A program made the position numbers and the translations under genes. Below the pieces are notes generated by a model, which searched no databases, was not told the DNA's origin, and saw nothing but the letters and a program-made list of their open reading frames with translations. Of a stretch of DNA of 64,000 bases, positions 1 to 13,800 are shown in pieces. This DNA comes from Anaeramoeba ignava BMAN (taxonomy: Eukaryota; Protista; Anaeramoebae): contig JAPDFW010000058.1 of NCBI GenBank assembly GCA_028826165.1, forward strand, positions 434,001 to 498,000. The letters run 5' to 3'. The stretch's first letter is position 1, and every line of letters begins with the position of its first letter.

Positions 1-135
1 TTTACTATTTTTACTTCATTTTTGATTTCATTTTTGATTTCATTTTTTACTTGAATTGATAAACCAAAAACATTTTATTTTTAATTTTTCATTTTTCATT
101 TTTCATTTTTCATTTTTCATAAACAAATAAATAAA

Positions 136-672
136 ATGTCAAATTTAGAAAAAGAAAAAGAAAAAGAAAATAGAAATAAAGATAAACGTCATGATAATAA
201 ACAAAAACATCGAACCAAAGACATTGATAGACGCAGAGAAAAAACAAGAGAAAGAAGAGAAAGACACAATCAAAGTGACAGTGATAGTGACATTGATAGG
301 AAAAGAGAATCAAGAGAATCAAGAGAATCAAGAAAATCAAAAGAAAGACGAGAATCAAGAGAAAGATACAAGCATCATCGCACACACAGTTCTCATCACA
401 AACACGAGAAAAAAGAATATGAACGGGAATCAAGACATCACAGATCAAGGAAATCAGAACCAGAAAAATCTCGAGGTCAAAAAGAACAAGAATCACTATT
501 AAAATTATATGGTCTTCCTTCTGGTTTTGGTACAACTAAAGGCCAAAAAGTTACTGGAAATATTACTGGCTTTGCTAGGCCAAAAACTAAAAGAAAATAT
601 AGTCAATATATTAATAAAAAGAAAAGATCTCAACTTCAACAAAATCAACCTAATAATCAATCTAATATTTAA
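136..672 (+). CDS. SNRNP27: U4/U6.U5 tri-snRNP 27 kDa protein
   Basis: RE/RS-rich N-terminus followed by the family C-terminal motif GLPSGFGTTKGQKV...KTKRKYSQYIN; single exon. Confidence 0.85.
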   Translation: MSNLEKEKEKENRNKDKRHDNKQKHRTKDIDRRREKTRERRERHNQSDSDSDIDRKRESRESRESRKSKERRESRERYKHHRTHSSHHKHEKKEYERESRHHRSRKSEPEKSRGQKEQESLLKLYGLPSGFGTTKGQKVTGNITGFARPKTKRKYSQYINKKKRSQLQQNQPNNQSNI

Positions 673-759
673 TTCTTCTTCTTCTTCTTTTTTTTTTAGA
701 AAAAACATTTTTAAATTTTAATAAACATTTAATTGGGAAATGTAAAGGAAAATTCATTC

Positions 760-1015
760 AAAATGAAAATGAAATTTAAAACCAAAATGAAAATGAAAAT
801 GAAAATGAAAATGAAAATGAAAATGAAAATATAAATCTAAATCTAAATCTAAATATAAATATAAATATAAATATAAATATAAATATAAATATTTAAATAA
901 ATATAAATATAAATATAAATATAAATATAAATCTAAATATAAATATAAATCTAAATATAAATATAAATATAAATATAAATCTAAATATAAATCTAAATAT
1001 AAATCTAAATATAAA
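760..1015. repeat. Intergenic hexamer microsatellites (AAAATG)n then (AAATAT/AAATCT)n
   Basis: Directly visible tandem hexamers. Confidence 0.9.
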
Positions 1016-1231
1016 TGTAATTGAAAAAATTCTAATTGAAAATTTAAAATGCGAATTAAATTGAGAAAAGATCATTTTTTTTCTTCTTTATTATTTTTTT
1101 TTTTTTTTCAATTTAAATTTTAAAAAAAAAAATAATTTTTAATTTTTAATTTAATTTTACGAAAATTATTTTCTCCTTCTGTTTTTTTTAACAAAAAAAT
1201 CATTCGAAAATCGTCATTTGTTCCCCTTTAA

Positions 1232-1524
1232 ATGAGTAACCCAGAAATATCATTAGAAAAATGCCCAAAATTAACGGATGAGGATCGCCAAAAAGTAAAA
1301 GGAGCTGTTGGAAGACGCATGAGAATAGATTTTCAAGGATGGATTTTAAAAAATAACATAAAACATCAACGAATTGAAGAGAGAATTTTAGTTTTAACTC
1401 AATACCAAATTATTACGATTGGTAAAAGAAAAACTTCAGTTAGAACAACTGTAAAAAATTTTTCTTCTTTTGTGTTTTTTAATTTTACAATTAAATTTGT
1501 TATTGTTGTTGTTTTTGTTTCTTT

Positions 1525-1556
<32 letters not shown>

Positions 1557-4500
1557 TTTATTGATTGAATGTTCATTGGTTCAAATTCTTAATTATAATT
1601 TTCAATTAAAATTTATAATTAATTTTATAATTGAATTTGCTAACTGAATTATAACTCAATTTACTGATTGAGTGTTAATTAAATTTATAATTAAATTTAT
1701 AATTAAATTTATAATTAAATTCATAATTAAATTTATAATTAAATTTATAATAAAATTTATAATTAAATTTATAATTAAATTTATAATAAAATTTATAATT
1801 AAATTTATAATTATATTTATAATTAAATTTATAATTAAATTTATAATTAAATTTATAATTAAATTTATAATTAAATTTATAATTAAATTTATAATTAAAT
1901 TTATAATTAAATTTATAATTAAATTTATAATTAAATTTATAATTAAATTTTTTATAATTTAATTATATTTATAAATAAATTAATAATAAAATTTTCAATT
2001 AAATTTATAATTAAATTTATAATTAAAATTTATAATTAAATTTATAATTAAATTTATAATTAAATTTATAATTAAATTTATAATTAAATTTAATTTATAA
2101 TTAAATTTATAATTAAATTTATAATTAAATTTATAATTAAATTTATAATTAAATTTATAATTAAATTTATAATAAAATTTATAATTAAATTTATAATTAA
2201 ATTTATAATTAAATTTATAATTAAATTTATAATTAAATTTATAATTAAAATTTATAATTAAATTTATAATTAAATTTATAATTAAATTTATAAATAAATT
2301 AATAATAAAATTTTCAATTAAATTTATAATTAAATTTATAATTAAATTTATAATTAAATTTATAATTAAATTTATAATTAAATTTATAATTAAATTTATA
2401 ATTAAATTTATAATTAAATTTATAATTATATTTATAATTATATTTATAATTATATTTATAATTATATTTATAATTATATTTATAATTATATTTATAATTA
2501 AATTAATAATAAAATTTTCAATTAAATTTATAATTAAATTTATAATTAAAAAATTAGGTTTGTAGAAAAGCTCATTTAAATGATTTAGTTCGTATGAGAA
2601 GTTATGATAAAAATCATGTAAACTCATTTTAACTTAGCCTTTTAAATCAAAAATAAATACATCTTTAAGAGATCACTTAATATTTAAATTTTCTTTTTTT
2701 CAAATTATTATAAAAATACAGATCAAGTTTGTATTTAGAGAATTTTACATTGATATTTATAGTGAAGAAGCAGATGCAATTTATAGAAAAACTCTTCGTA
2801 ATATTTTTTCAATTCAAAGAGGTTTTGCAGAAAAATTTCGAGTAAAATATGATACAAGGTAAAAAAAATCAAGTTTTTAAATTTTAAATTAAATTTTAAA
2901 TTAAATTTTTAATTAAATTTTGAATTAAATTTATAATTGAATTTTTTACTTAGAAACGAAAATGAGATCAAATTAAGTAAAATTTTTTCAAAAAAAAAAA
3001 ATCAAAATCAATCAATAAAAATCAACACTTTAAATTTTCTTAATTTAAAGAACATTTATCAGATCAAGGATTCTTAGAATCCTACAAATCAATGTGCCAG
3101 CAACATAACACACCACCAAGCACACTGTTCATGAAATTTATTGAGGAAACAATAAGCATTCGAAATCCAGTTGAGCGTAGAAAACTAGATTTTTCCAAAT
3201 TCCGAAATATTGATCTTTATTTGGAACAAGCAGTAAATCCTGAGCCCATTATTGAAGCACTTACACACAACCGACACTTCAGAGAGCTGCGGGTAATCGA
3301 CCTGTACCGCAAAGATGCATTGCAAATTTTCTGCCCTTGCTTTAGGTACAACACCACGTTGAGGAAAATCACCTTTTCGGGAATGGATTCACCTCTTGGT
3401 TTTGATGAGTTTGGAAATGCCATGAAAGAAAACCCAGAGACACAAATATGCTACATTGATTTCTCGCGGAATAGCTTTACCAAGAAGAAAACAATGGATT
3501 TTTTCGAGGGATTGGAGAAAATGAATCGAGGATTGATTCACTTGGATTTCTCTACCTGTCAAATTGACAGCAGTTTAGCTTCTTCTCTTTTTAGTTCGTT
3601 GAATAAAAATCAGAATCACCATTCATTGCGCGTTCTGAATCTGTCTTTCAACAAGAAAATAGGTTCAAAGGGAACTTCTGCGCTTGTTGAGTTCATTGAA
3701 AATTCCAAAGCAAATTCGCTTCGGATTCTTTCGCTTGCTAATTGTTCATTGAATTTGGAAATGCTGTTCAAATCATTTACCAAAAATAGTTCGACTTCAG
3801 TTCTTTCCTATCTCAATGTTTCAGGAAACAGTTTCGATAAAAACACCTACGATTCTTGTGTGGAAATGCTCCAAAGCACACGCTCTTTAGAATCACTCGA
3901 TATAAGCAAAACAAAAGTGACTTCGGATCAAGTAGGAAATTTAATAGAAATGATCCAAAAATCCAAAACAATCCAAAAATTCACGCTCAATTCAAGTTTC
4001 AATAATCTCGGCCTTTCAGGTGCAAAGGCTATTGTGGAAAGCTTGCAAAAAACAAGCGAATCAACCGTACTTCGCGAGCTTATTCTTGATTCAAGCGGAT
4101 TTGGAGCAAATGGAATGGAAGAACTACTCCTGTCAAACGGGGTTTTGGGCGGAAACAAGGGTATCGAATGCCTCTCGCTTTCTTACAATTGGACAAAGTC
4201 GGAAGCAGCTAAAGTAGTTGATGTGCTCTGCAAAATGGCTGAGACAGAATCGCCTCTCTTTATCAAATTTCTGCGAATTCGTGGAAATAAAAACGGTTGT
4301 CTTGGCCCTAATCTCCAGAATTTCTTCAAGAATTTATCTCGTTTGACGTCTATTTCCGGGCTTGATATTACAGGAAACGAAGTTGGTTCAGAAGGCATGA
4401 GCAATATCGCGAAAAGCTTGAACTCAAACAAACAGTCAAACCTACAATCTTTCTTTTTCGATGGGAATTCATCTCGCCGTTTTTTGGCAAAAAATATCAA

Positions 4501-5245
4501 AGTTATTTTGAAACTCAAACTCAAAATGTTTTCATGGCCTAATCAAGACGAAGCAGAATTTATCGAGAAAGATCCCAAAGAATATGAACATTATCACGAT
4601 CGAATTCCAAAAATCAAAGAGAAATTCTCTTTATATTTACAAAATTCACGTTCAAGTTTTCCCAGTTTTGTAAGAATAACACCTGATTCATCAGAAATTT
4701 GGTCGAAGAATTCCATGCAGTCTCATCATTGTATGCAAGATCTATTGCAGTATCAACTTGAAACTTTTCAAGTGACAAATTCTGAGGATTTTTTCGGACT
4801 TGTCAATGATCTTTCCGATACAAATGAGGATCAACAAGACATGATAATCCCACCAGCATATGAAGCAAAAGAGGGAGAACAATCAGATGATGAGATGAAT
4901 CCTGATGCAAAGAAAAACAAGACGCCCAAGAAAAACAGGACACCCAACTCAACACCAAAATCAACACCAAAATCAACACCAAAATCACTAAGAAGATCCA
5001 ATTCAAAATCTAATTCAAAATCTAATTCAAAATCAAATCCAAAATCTAACAGAAAAAATTCATCTAATATTCCTACTGAAATTGTTCCTCCTCCTGATGA
5101 TTTACAAGATTTACCTCCTCCTGTTATTCAAAATTCTGATGATACTTTTCCTCCTCCAGTTAATTTGGAAAATATTCCTCCTCCTGTTATTGATTCAGAT
5201 GATTTACCTCCTCCTCCTCCTATTTCTAATGATGATGATAAATAA
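1232..5245 (+). CDS. CARMIL-like PH + leucine-rich repeat protein with Pro-rich tail; exons 1232-1450, 2558-2617, 2722-2858, 2954-2976, 3051-5245
   Basis: GT-AG introns join all five exons in frame; N-terminal ERILVLTQYQI PH-like segment, RNI-like LRRs (LRVLNLSFN, LESLDISKT), C-terminal PPP repeats; no clear CPI motif seen. Confidence 0.75.
1675..2550 (+). repeat. Intronic 12-bp tandem repeat (AAATTTATAATT)n in intron 1 of the CARMIL-like gene
   Basis: Visible tandem array; source of the IIKF and NYKF shadow ORFs. Confidence 0.95.
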
Positions 5246-5339
5246 TGATCTTTTATCATCTTTGTTTTTCCTTTTCTTTTCTTTTCTTTCTTTTTTCTTC
5301 TTTTCTTTTTTCTTTTTTCTTGTTCTTCTTTTTTCCAAT

Positions 5340-8300
5340 AAAAAATAATTAAAATATTAATTAAAATTATATCTTAAAAATATAATATATTTAAATTATA
5401 ATTAATAATAAAATATTAATTAAATATAATTCTAAAATAATTTTATAATTTTAAATTAAAATTTATATTAAAAAATATTATTAAAAAAATAATTAAAATA
5501 TTAATTAAAATTATATCTTAAAAATATAATATATTTAAATTATAATTAATAATAAAATATTAATTAAATATAATTCTAAATTAATTCCATAATTTTAAAT
5601 CAATATTTAAATTAAAAATATTATTAAAAAAATAATAAAAATATTAATTAAAATTATATCTTTAAAATATAATAGATTTAAATTATAATTAATAATAAAA
5701 TATTAATTAAATATAATTCTAAAATAATTCTATAATTTTAAATTAAAATTTATATTAAAAACATTATTAAAAAAATAATTAAAATATTAATTAAAATTAT
5801 ATCTAAAAATATAATATATTTAAATTATAATTAATAATAAAATATTTATTAAATATAATTCTAAATTAATTCTATAATTTTAAATCAAAATTTAAATTAA
5901 AAATATTATTAAAAAAATAATTAAAATATTAATTAAAATTATATCTTAAAAATATAATATATTTAAATTATAATTAATAATAAAATATTTATTAAATATA
6001 ATTTCAAAATAATTCTATAATTTTAAATTAAAATTTATATTAAAAAATATTATTAAAAAAATAATAAAAATATTAATTAAAATTATATCTAAAAATATAA
6101 TAGATTTAAATTATAATTAATAATAAAATATTAATTAAATATAATTCTAAATTAATTCTATAATTTTAAAATCAAAATTTAAATTAAAAATATTATTAAA
6201 AAAATAATAAAAATATTAATTAAAATTATATCTAAAAATATAATATATTTAAATTATAATTAATAATAAAATATTTATTAAATATAATTTTAAAATAATT
6301 TTATAATTTTAAATTAAAATTTATATTAAAAATATTATTAAAAAAATAATTAAAATATTAATTAAAATTATATCTTAAAATATAATATATTTAAATTATA
6401 ATTAATAATAAAATATTTTTAAATATAATTCTAAATTAATTCTATAATTTTAAATTAAAATTTAAATTAAAAATATTATTAAAAAAATAATTAAAATATT
6501 AATTAAAATTATGTCTTAAAAAATATAATAGATTTAAATTATAATTAATAATAAAATATTTATTAAATATAATTTTAAAATAATTCTATAATTTTAAATC
6601 AAAATTTAAATTAAAAATATTATTAAAAAAATAATAAAAATATTAATTAAAATTATATATAAAAATATAATAGATTTAAATTATAATTAATAATAAAATA
6701 TTTATTAAATATAATTCTAAATTAATTTCATAATTTTAAATCAATATTTAAATTAAAAATATTATTAAAAAAATAATAAAAATATTAATTAAAATTATAT
6801 CTAAAAATATAATAGATTTAAATTATAATTAATAATAAAATATTTATTAAATATAATTCTAAATTAATTCTATAATTTTAAATCAAAATTTAAATTAAAA
6901 AAATATTATTAAAAAAATAATAAAAATATTAATTAAAATTATATCTTAAAAATATAATATATTTAAATTATAATTAATAATAAAATACTTATTAAATATA
7001 ATTTTAAAATAATTTCATAAAATTTAAATCAAAATTTAAAAATTAAAAATATTATTAAAAAAAATAATTAAAATATTAATTAAAATTATATCTTAAAAAT
7101 ATAATAGATTTAAAATTAATTAAATTAATAATATAAAAATAAAATATTAATTAAATATAATTTTAAAATAATTCCAAAATTTTAAATCAAAATTTAAATT
7201 AAAAAATATTATTAAAAAAATAATTAAAATATTAATTAAAATTATATCTTAAAAATATAATATATTTAAATTATAATTAATAATAAAATATTTATTAAAT
7301 ATAATTCTAAATTAATCCTATAATTTTAAATCAATATTTAAATTAAAAAAATATTATTAAAAAAATAATAAAAATATTAATTAAAATTATATCTTAAAAA
7401 TATAATAGATTTAAATTATAATTAATAATAAAATATTTATTAAATATAATTCTAAATTAATCCTATAATTTTAAATTAAAATTTATATTAAAAAATATTA
7501 TTAAAAAAATAATAAAAATATTAATTAAAATTATATCTTAAAAAATATAATAGATTTAAATTATAATTAATAATAAAATATTTATTAAATATAATTCTAA
7601 AATAATTCTATAATTTTAAATCAAAATTTAAATTAAAAAATATTAAAAAAAATAAAAAATATTAATTAAAATTATATCTTAAAAAAATATAATAGATTTA
7701 AATTATAATTAATAATAAAATATTTATTAAATATAATTCTAAATTAATCCTATAATTTTAAATCAATATTTAAATTAAAAATATTATTAAAAATAATAAA
7801 AATATTAATTAAAATTATATCTTAAAAAAATATAATAGATTTAAATTATAATTAATAATAAAATATTTATTAAATATAATTCTAAATTAATCCTATAATT
7901 TTAAATTAAAATTTATATTAAAAATATTATTAAAAATAATAAAAATATTAATTAAAATTATATCTAAAAAAAAATATAATAGATTTAAATTATAATCAAT
8001 AATAAAATATTTATTAAATATAATTTTAAAAATAATTCTATAATTTTAAATCAATATTTAAATTAAAAATATTATTAAAAATAATTAAAATATTAATTAA
8101 AATTATATCTTAAAAATATAATATATTTAAATTATAATTAATAATAAAATATTTATTAAATATAATTCTAAATTAATTTCATAATTTTAAATTAAAATTT
8201 ATAATTAAAAATATTATTAAAAAAATAATAAAAATATTAATTAAAATTATATATATAAAAATATAATAGATTTAAATTATAATTAATAATAAAATATTTA

Positions 8301-8760
8301 TTAAATTTAATTTTAAAATAATTTTATAATTTTAAATTAAAATTTAGATTAAAAATATTATTAAAAATAATTAAAATATTAATTAAAATTATATATAAAA
8401 ATATAATAGATTTAAATTATAATTAATAATAAAATATTTATTAAATATAATTCTAAAATAATTCTATAATTTTAAATTAAAATTTAAATTAAAAATATTA
8501 TTAAAAAAAAAAGAAAGATCAAATTTAATTAAAATTATATATAAAAATATAATAGATTTAAATTATAATCAATAATAAAGTATTTATTAAATATAATTTT
8601 AAATTAATTCTATAATTTTAAATCAAAATTTAAATTAAAAAATATTATTAAAAAAATAAAGAAAGATCAAATTTAATTAAAATTATATCTAAAAAATAGA
8701 GTACATTTAAATTATAATTAATAATAAAATATTTATTAAATTTAATTTTAAAATAATTCC
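5340..8760. repeat. Satellite array of about 24 copies of a ~142-147 bp, almost purely A/T unit
   Basis: The C of the marker ATTATATCT recurs at 5373, 5517, 5660, 5803, 5945, 6089, 6232 ... 8689 (mean period about 144). Confidence 0.95.
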
Positions 8761-9217
8761 ATTTATTAAAATAAATTAAAAATTTATTTATTTAATTGTG
8801 ATCCAATTTGGATCATAAACGAAAAAAAAGCAAAAAAAAAAAGTTTTTTTATTTTAATTTTAAATTAAATTTAATTAAAAAAAAAAGAGGAAAATAGTTT
8901 ATTTATTAACAACAGACTACACGTAATATTGATACAGCAAAAGATCTTTTTAATTTTATTTTTTTTTTTTATTAATTTTTTTTCAATTAAAATTTTAATT
9001 AAAAAAAAAAAAATTTTTTTTTATTAATTTGGGCAAGAAAAAATAAATAAAAAAATAAATAAAAGAAATAATTCATTTTTCTTCTTTTTTTTTTTGTTAA
9101 ATTTTTATTATTTTTTTTTTATTGATCTTTTATTATTTTTTTTTTTATATTCTTAGTTTTTTAAATCAAATTAAATTAATTTAAATTTTAATTTTAAAAT
9201 AAATATAATAATAAAAA

Positions 9218-10707
9218 ATGGGATCAATTTGTTCAAAAAAAGGAAAAGAAATAACTTTAGAAGATTTTGAAGTTATTCAAGTAATTTCAAAAGGAAAAAA
9301 TTCCAAAATATCAATTGTAAAAGAGAAAGAAAGTAAACAAATTTATGTTCTTAAAGCATTTAATAAAAGTCAAATTATTGAAAAAGGACTAGTTGCCAAT
9401 GTCACGAAAGAAAGAAATCTTTTGATCCGTTTAAAAAGTGCTTTTGCTGTCAATGCTCATTGTTGTTTTCAAAATGAAGATAATTTATTTTTTGTTATGG
9501 ATTTTATTTCTGGTTTTGATTTGTTTTCTCAAATGCAAATTTTTCAAGAATTTGAAGAAAATGTATTGAAATTTTATATTGCAGAACTTTTAGTTGCATT
9601 AGAAGATATTCATAAACTTGGTTCAATTCATGGGTAAATAAAAAAAATTTAAATAAAAAAATTTAAATAAAAAAAATTTAAATAAAAAATTTAAATAAAA
9701 AAAAATTAAATAAAAAAATTTAAATAAAAAAATTTAAATAAAAAAAATTTAATTAAAAATTTAATTAAAAAAAGTGATTTAAAACCAGAAAATATTATGA
9801 TTGATTCAAACGGTCATTTATGTTTAATTGATTTCGGATCAACAAAATTAATTGAAAATAATCTTGATTCAAATTCAGAAGTTCAACTTGTTTGTGGAAC
9901 AATTGGTTATATTGGTAAATAAATAAATAAATAAAAAGAAAAAAAAAAGAAAAAAAAATTTTATTTATTAATTTATTTAAAAAAAATAATTTTAGCTCCT
10001 GAATTACTTTTATTAAGAAATCCAAGTTATTCATCAGATTTTTATAGTTTGGGTGCAATTTTATATGAATTTCTTCATGGACTTGTAAATTCAATTAAAA
10101 AAAAAAATTCCGATTAAAAAATTTCGATTAATTTTTTTAATTAATTTTTTTAATTAAATTTTTTTAGCCTCCTTTTTATTCTGAAGATAAATCACTTATG
10201 GCTCAACAAATTATTCGAGAATCTCCTTTATTTTCTTCTCAAATTTCAAAAGAATGTGAATCTTTATTAAAAGGAGTAAATTTTAAAACAAAAAACAAAT
10301 TAAAATTTCTTATTAAAATTTTGATTTCTTTTTCTTTTTTTTTTTAGCTTTTAGAAAAGGATCCAAATAAAAGATTAGGAAATAAAGGAAGTCAAGAAAT
10401 AAGAGATCATATTTTCTTTAAAGATATAAATTGGGAACAAATTGAGAAAAAACAATTCAATCCATTTTTTGTTCCAACAACTCAAGTAAATAAATAAATT
10501 AAAAATTAAAATTTAAATTAAAATTAAAATTAAAATTTTTTCTTTTTTTTTAAAAAATAGTTTATAGATTTAAAGTTTGAAAAAAATATTCTTGAAGAAT
10601 TAGAACTTTCTTCAATTATAACTGATAAAGAACAAAAACAATTCCAAAAATTTAATTTTAATACTGTTTTAGAAAACGGAATTATTAGACGAATTGATTT
10701 GATTTAA
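9218..10707 (+). CDS. AGC-family Ser/Thr kinase (atypical, non-RD); exons 9218-9633, 9775-9914, 9996-10084, 10168-10275, 10348-10485, 10561-10707
   Basis: YVLK, HGDLKPEN, DFG, CGTIGYIAPE, DFYSLG, PPFY, KDPNKRLG, HIFFKDINW and an AGC tail; six exons join in frame; MGSICSK acylation motif. Confidence 0.9.
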
Positions 10708-10878
10708 AATTCTTGTTTCCTTTTATTTTTTTTTGTTTCATTTTTAATTTTCATTGATTTTTATTTTAGTTTCTTTTCAAAAGAAAAAAAAAAAAAAAAG
10801 AAAAAAAAGAAAAAAAAGAAAATTATTAATAAAAAATTCCAAATCAAATTTAAATTTTTCAAACAAAAAATGAAAAAT

Positions 10879-13800
10879 CTAATTTAAAAAACCTCGACAA
10901 TTTGCACTTCCACAACGACAAGTAATTTTTTTTTCTGCAGTTTCACTTGTAAATTGGTAATCATAAGTTAATTCTTCACCAATATTAATTTTCTTTCTAG
11001 CATAAATTGCGATATGAGAACCTTTAATAACTCTTGCATAACAATTTGGCTTTTTATTAATATTAAAACAAATATTAAAATATTAAATTAAATATTAAAT
11101 TAAATATTAAATTAAATCAAATATTAAAATAAATATTAAATCAAATATTAAATCAAATATTAAAATAAAATAAAATTAAAAATATTAAAATAAAATAAAA
11201 TCAAATATTATTAAAAATCAATTATTAAATCAAATATTAAATCAAAATTAAATCAAATATTAAATTAAATATTAAATTAAATATTAAATTAAAAATAAAT
11301 TAAAATTAAATCAAATATTAAATCAAATATTAAATCAAATATTAAATCAAATATTAAAATTAAATCAAATATTAAATTAAATATCAAAATTAAATCAAAT
11401 ATTAAAATAAATTAAATATTAAAATAAATATTAAAATTAAAATAAATATTAAATTAAATATTAAAATCAAATATTAAATATTAAAATTAAATTTAAAAAA
11501 ATCAAATATTCAAAATTAAATCAAAAAATAAATATTAAATCAAATATTAAAATAAATATTAAAATAAATATTAAATATATTAAATCAAAATTAAATCAAA
11601 ATCAAATATTAAAATCAAATATTAAATCAAATATAAAATAAATATTAAAAATAAAATAAAATAAATATTAAATTAAAATCAAATATTAAATTAAATATTG
11701 AAATAAATATTAAATCAAATATTAAAATTAAATATTAAATTAAATATTAAAAATAAATATTTAAATCAAATATTAAAAATAAATAATAAAATAAATATTA
11801 AAAATTAAAATCAAATATTAAATCAAATATTAAATCAAAAATATTTAATCAAATATTAAATATTAAAAATAAATATTAAATATTAAAAATTAAAATTAAA
11901 AAATATTAAATTAAAATTAAAAAATAAAATCAAATATAAAATCAAATATTAAATCAAATATTAAATCAAAATAAATATTAAATAAATATTAAATTAAATA
12001 TTAAATCAAATATTAAATTAAAATATTAAATTAAATATTATTAAATTAAATATTAAATTAAATATTAAATCAAATATTAAAATAAATATTAAATCAAATA
12101 TTAAAATCAAATATTAAATCAAATATAAAAATTAAATATTAAAATAAATAAATATTAAAATCAAATATTAAATTAAATATTAAATCAAATATTAAATCAA
12201 ATATTAAATTAAATATTAAATCAAAATATTAAATTAAATATTAAATATTAAAATAAATATTAAATCAAAATATTAAATTAAAATTAAAAAAATATTAAAA
12301 TAAATATTAAAATTAAATATTAAATTAAATATTAAAATAAATATTAAATCAAATATTAAATTAAATATTAAATCAAATATTAAAATCAAATATTAAAATA
12401 AATATTAAATCAAATATTAATATTAAAATTAAAATTAAAATTAAAATTTAAATTTAAATTTAAAATTAAAATTAAAATATACATCACAACAATGATTAAT
12501 AAAACGAGCATGATTCCCCTTAAAAGTAGCATCAATAATTTGATTATCATCAATACGAAACATATAATCATTTTCAATTCCCTTAGTATGATAATGAGAT
12601 TCACGACGATCAGAAATACTATTTGAAATAATTTCACCAATATATTCAATAATAAAATCACCAGGAGAAATTTGTTCATCAGCAAAAAGTCCCCAATTAT
12701 GAATCTTAGAGAGGCCAAATTTAAGCTTCTTGCCTTCATGAAGACGGACTTCATGAGAACAGCGATGAGGAAAGCGAGCAAAATCTTTTCCAAGCCAAGC
12801 CTTTGGAAGTTGTACAGGTTCTGTCTTGATGCAACCTGACAGGTTTTGCGCCTCAAGTTCGGATGTTTTTGGATTTTTCACAGGACTTGGTTCTGTAGGC
12901 GCGTTGTCTTGATACCCCATCTTCCGATATAGCCACCAATTCAGTGCATCATTGATCCCTTTTTCTATTACATTTGTCCATATTTTTGTGTGGACTAAAT
13001 TCTCAATATCTCGGAAAAATCCCGATTTTATTAACGAACTTTGCGTCTTTGATTCTTGTTTTTTCTGCGCCTCTTCACTATTACTGGGCGCAATAATCTT
13101 TGTTTGCTCTTTTTCCTCTTCTTCTTTCTCCGTCTCAATCTTTGTTTCTTCTTCTTTCGTTTCGTTTATTTTCTCAACTTGAATTTTTTCCTCATTCTCG
13201 TTTTTTTCTTCGTTTTTATTTTCATTATTTGATGTTGTTATTCCAAACTTCTTTTTCGCTAAATACGAACGGAAATCAACCTTCCGTGGCTTTTGAGTTC
13301 TGTCTTTTGACTCATTCCTTACTTTTTGTTCTTCCACATTTCGATTTTGTGTTTCTTTTTGTTTTTCGTTTTCAATTTTATTTGCTTTTCTTAAAATTTC
13401 ATTTGGATCGTAAAATTCGTCTTGATTTTTATCGGGATAATTTTCTGATGGGTTTTGTATGTTGTTAATTTCATACGGATTATATTGTGAATTCGGGAAA
13501 TTTTGCGGAAATGTATTTTTCTGGAAATATTTTGTTTGGTGTCTTGGTTTCAATTTGTTCCTTGGATATTGATTTGGAAACCGTGAGTATTTTGGCTTTG
13601 TGTGTTTGGAATGATCGAATTTTGTTCTTGATGAATATTCTTTATTGCCTGGGAAAAACGGGTTTTTGTTTCGAAAAAATGGGTGGTTATTTTGCGGAAA
13701 ATTTTGCGGATTTTGGAAATATTCTTGATTGGGTGGAATATATGCTTGTTGATTCATCAAATTGACTTGTGGATTTGGGATAAATCCAGGGTTGTTTGCG

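Noticed and set aside
5340-8760. CRISPR-like array or coding repeat
   Set aside because: The whole unit repeats with no unique spacers, there are no cas genes, the context is eukaryotic, and stops are frequent.
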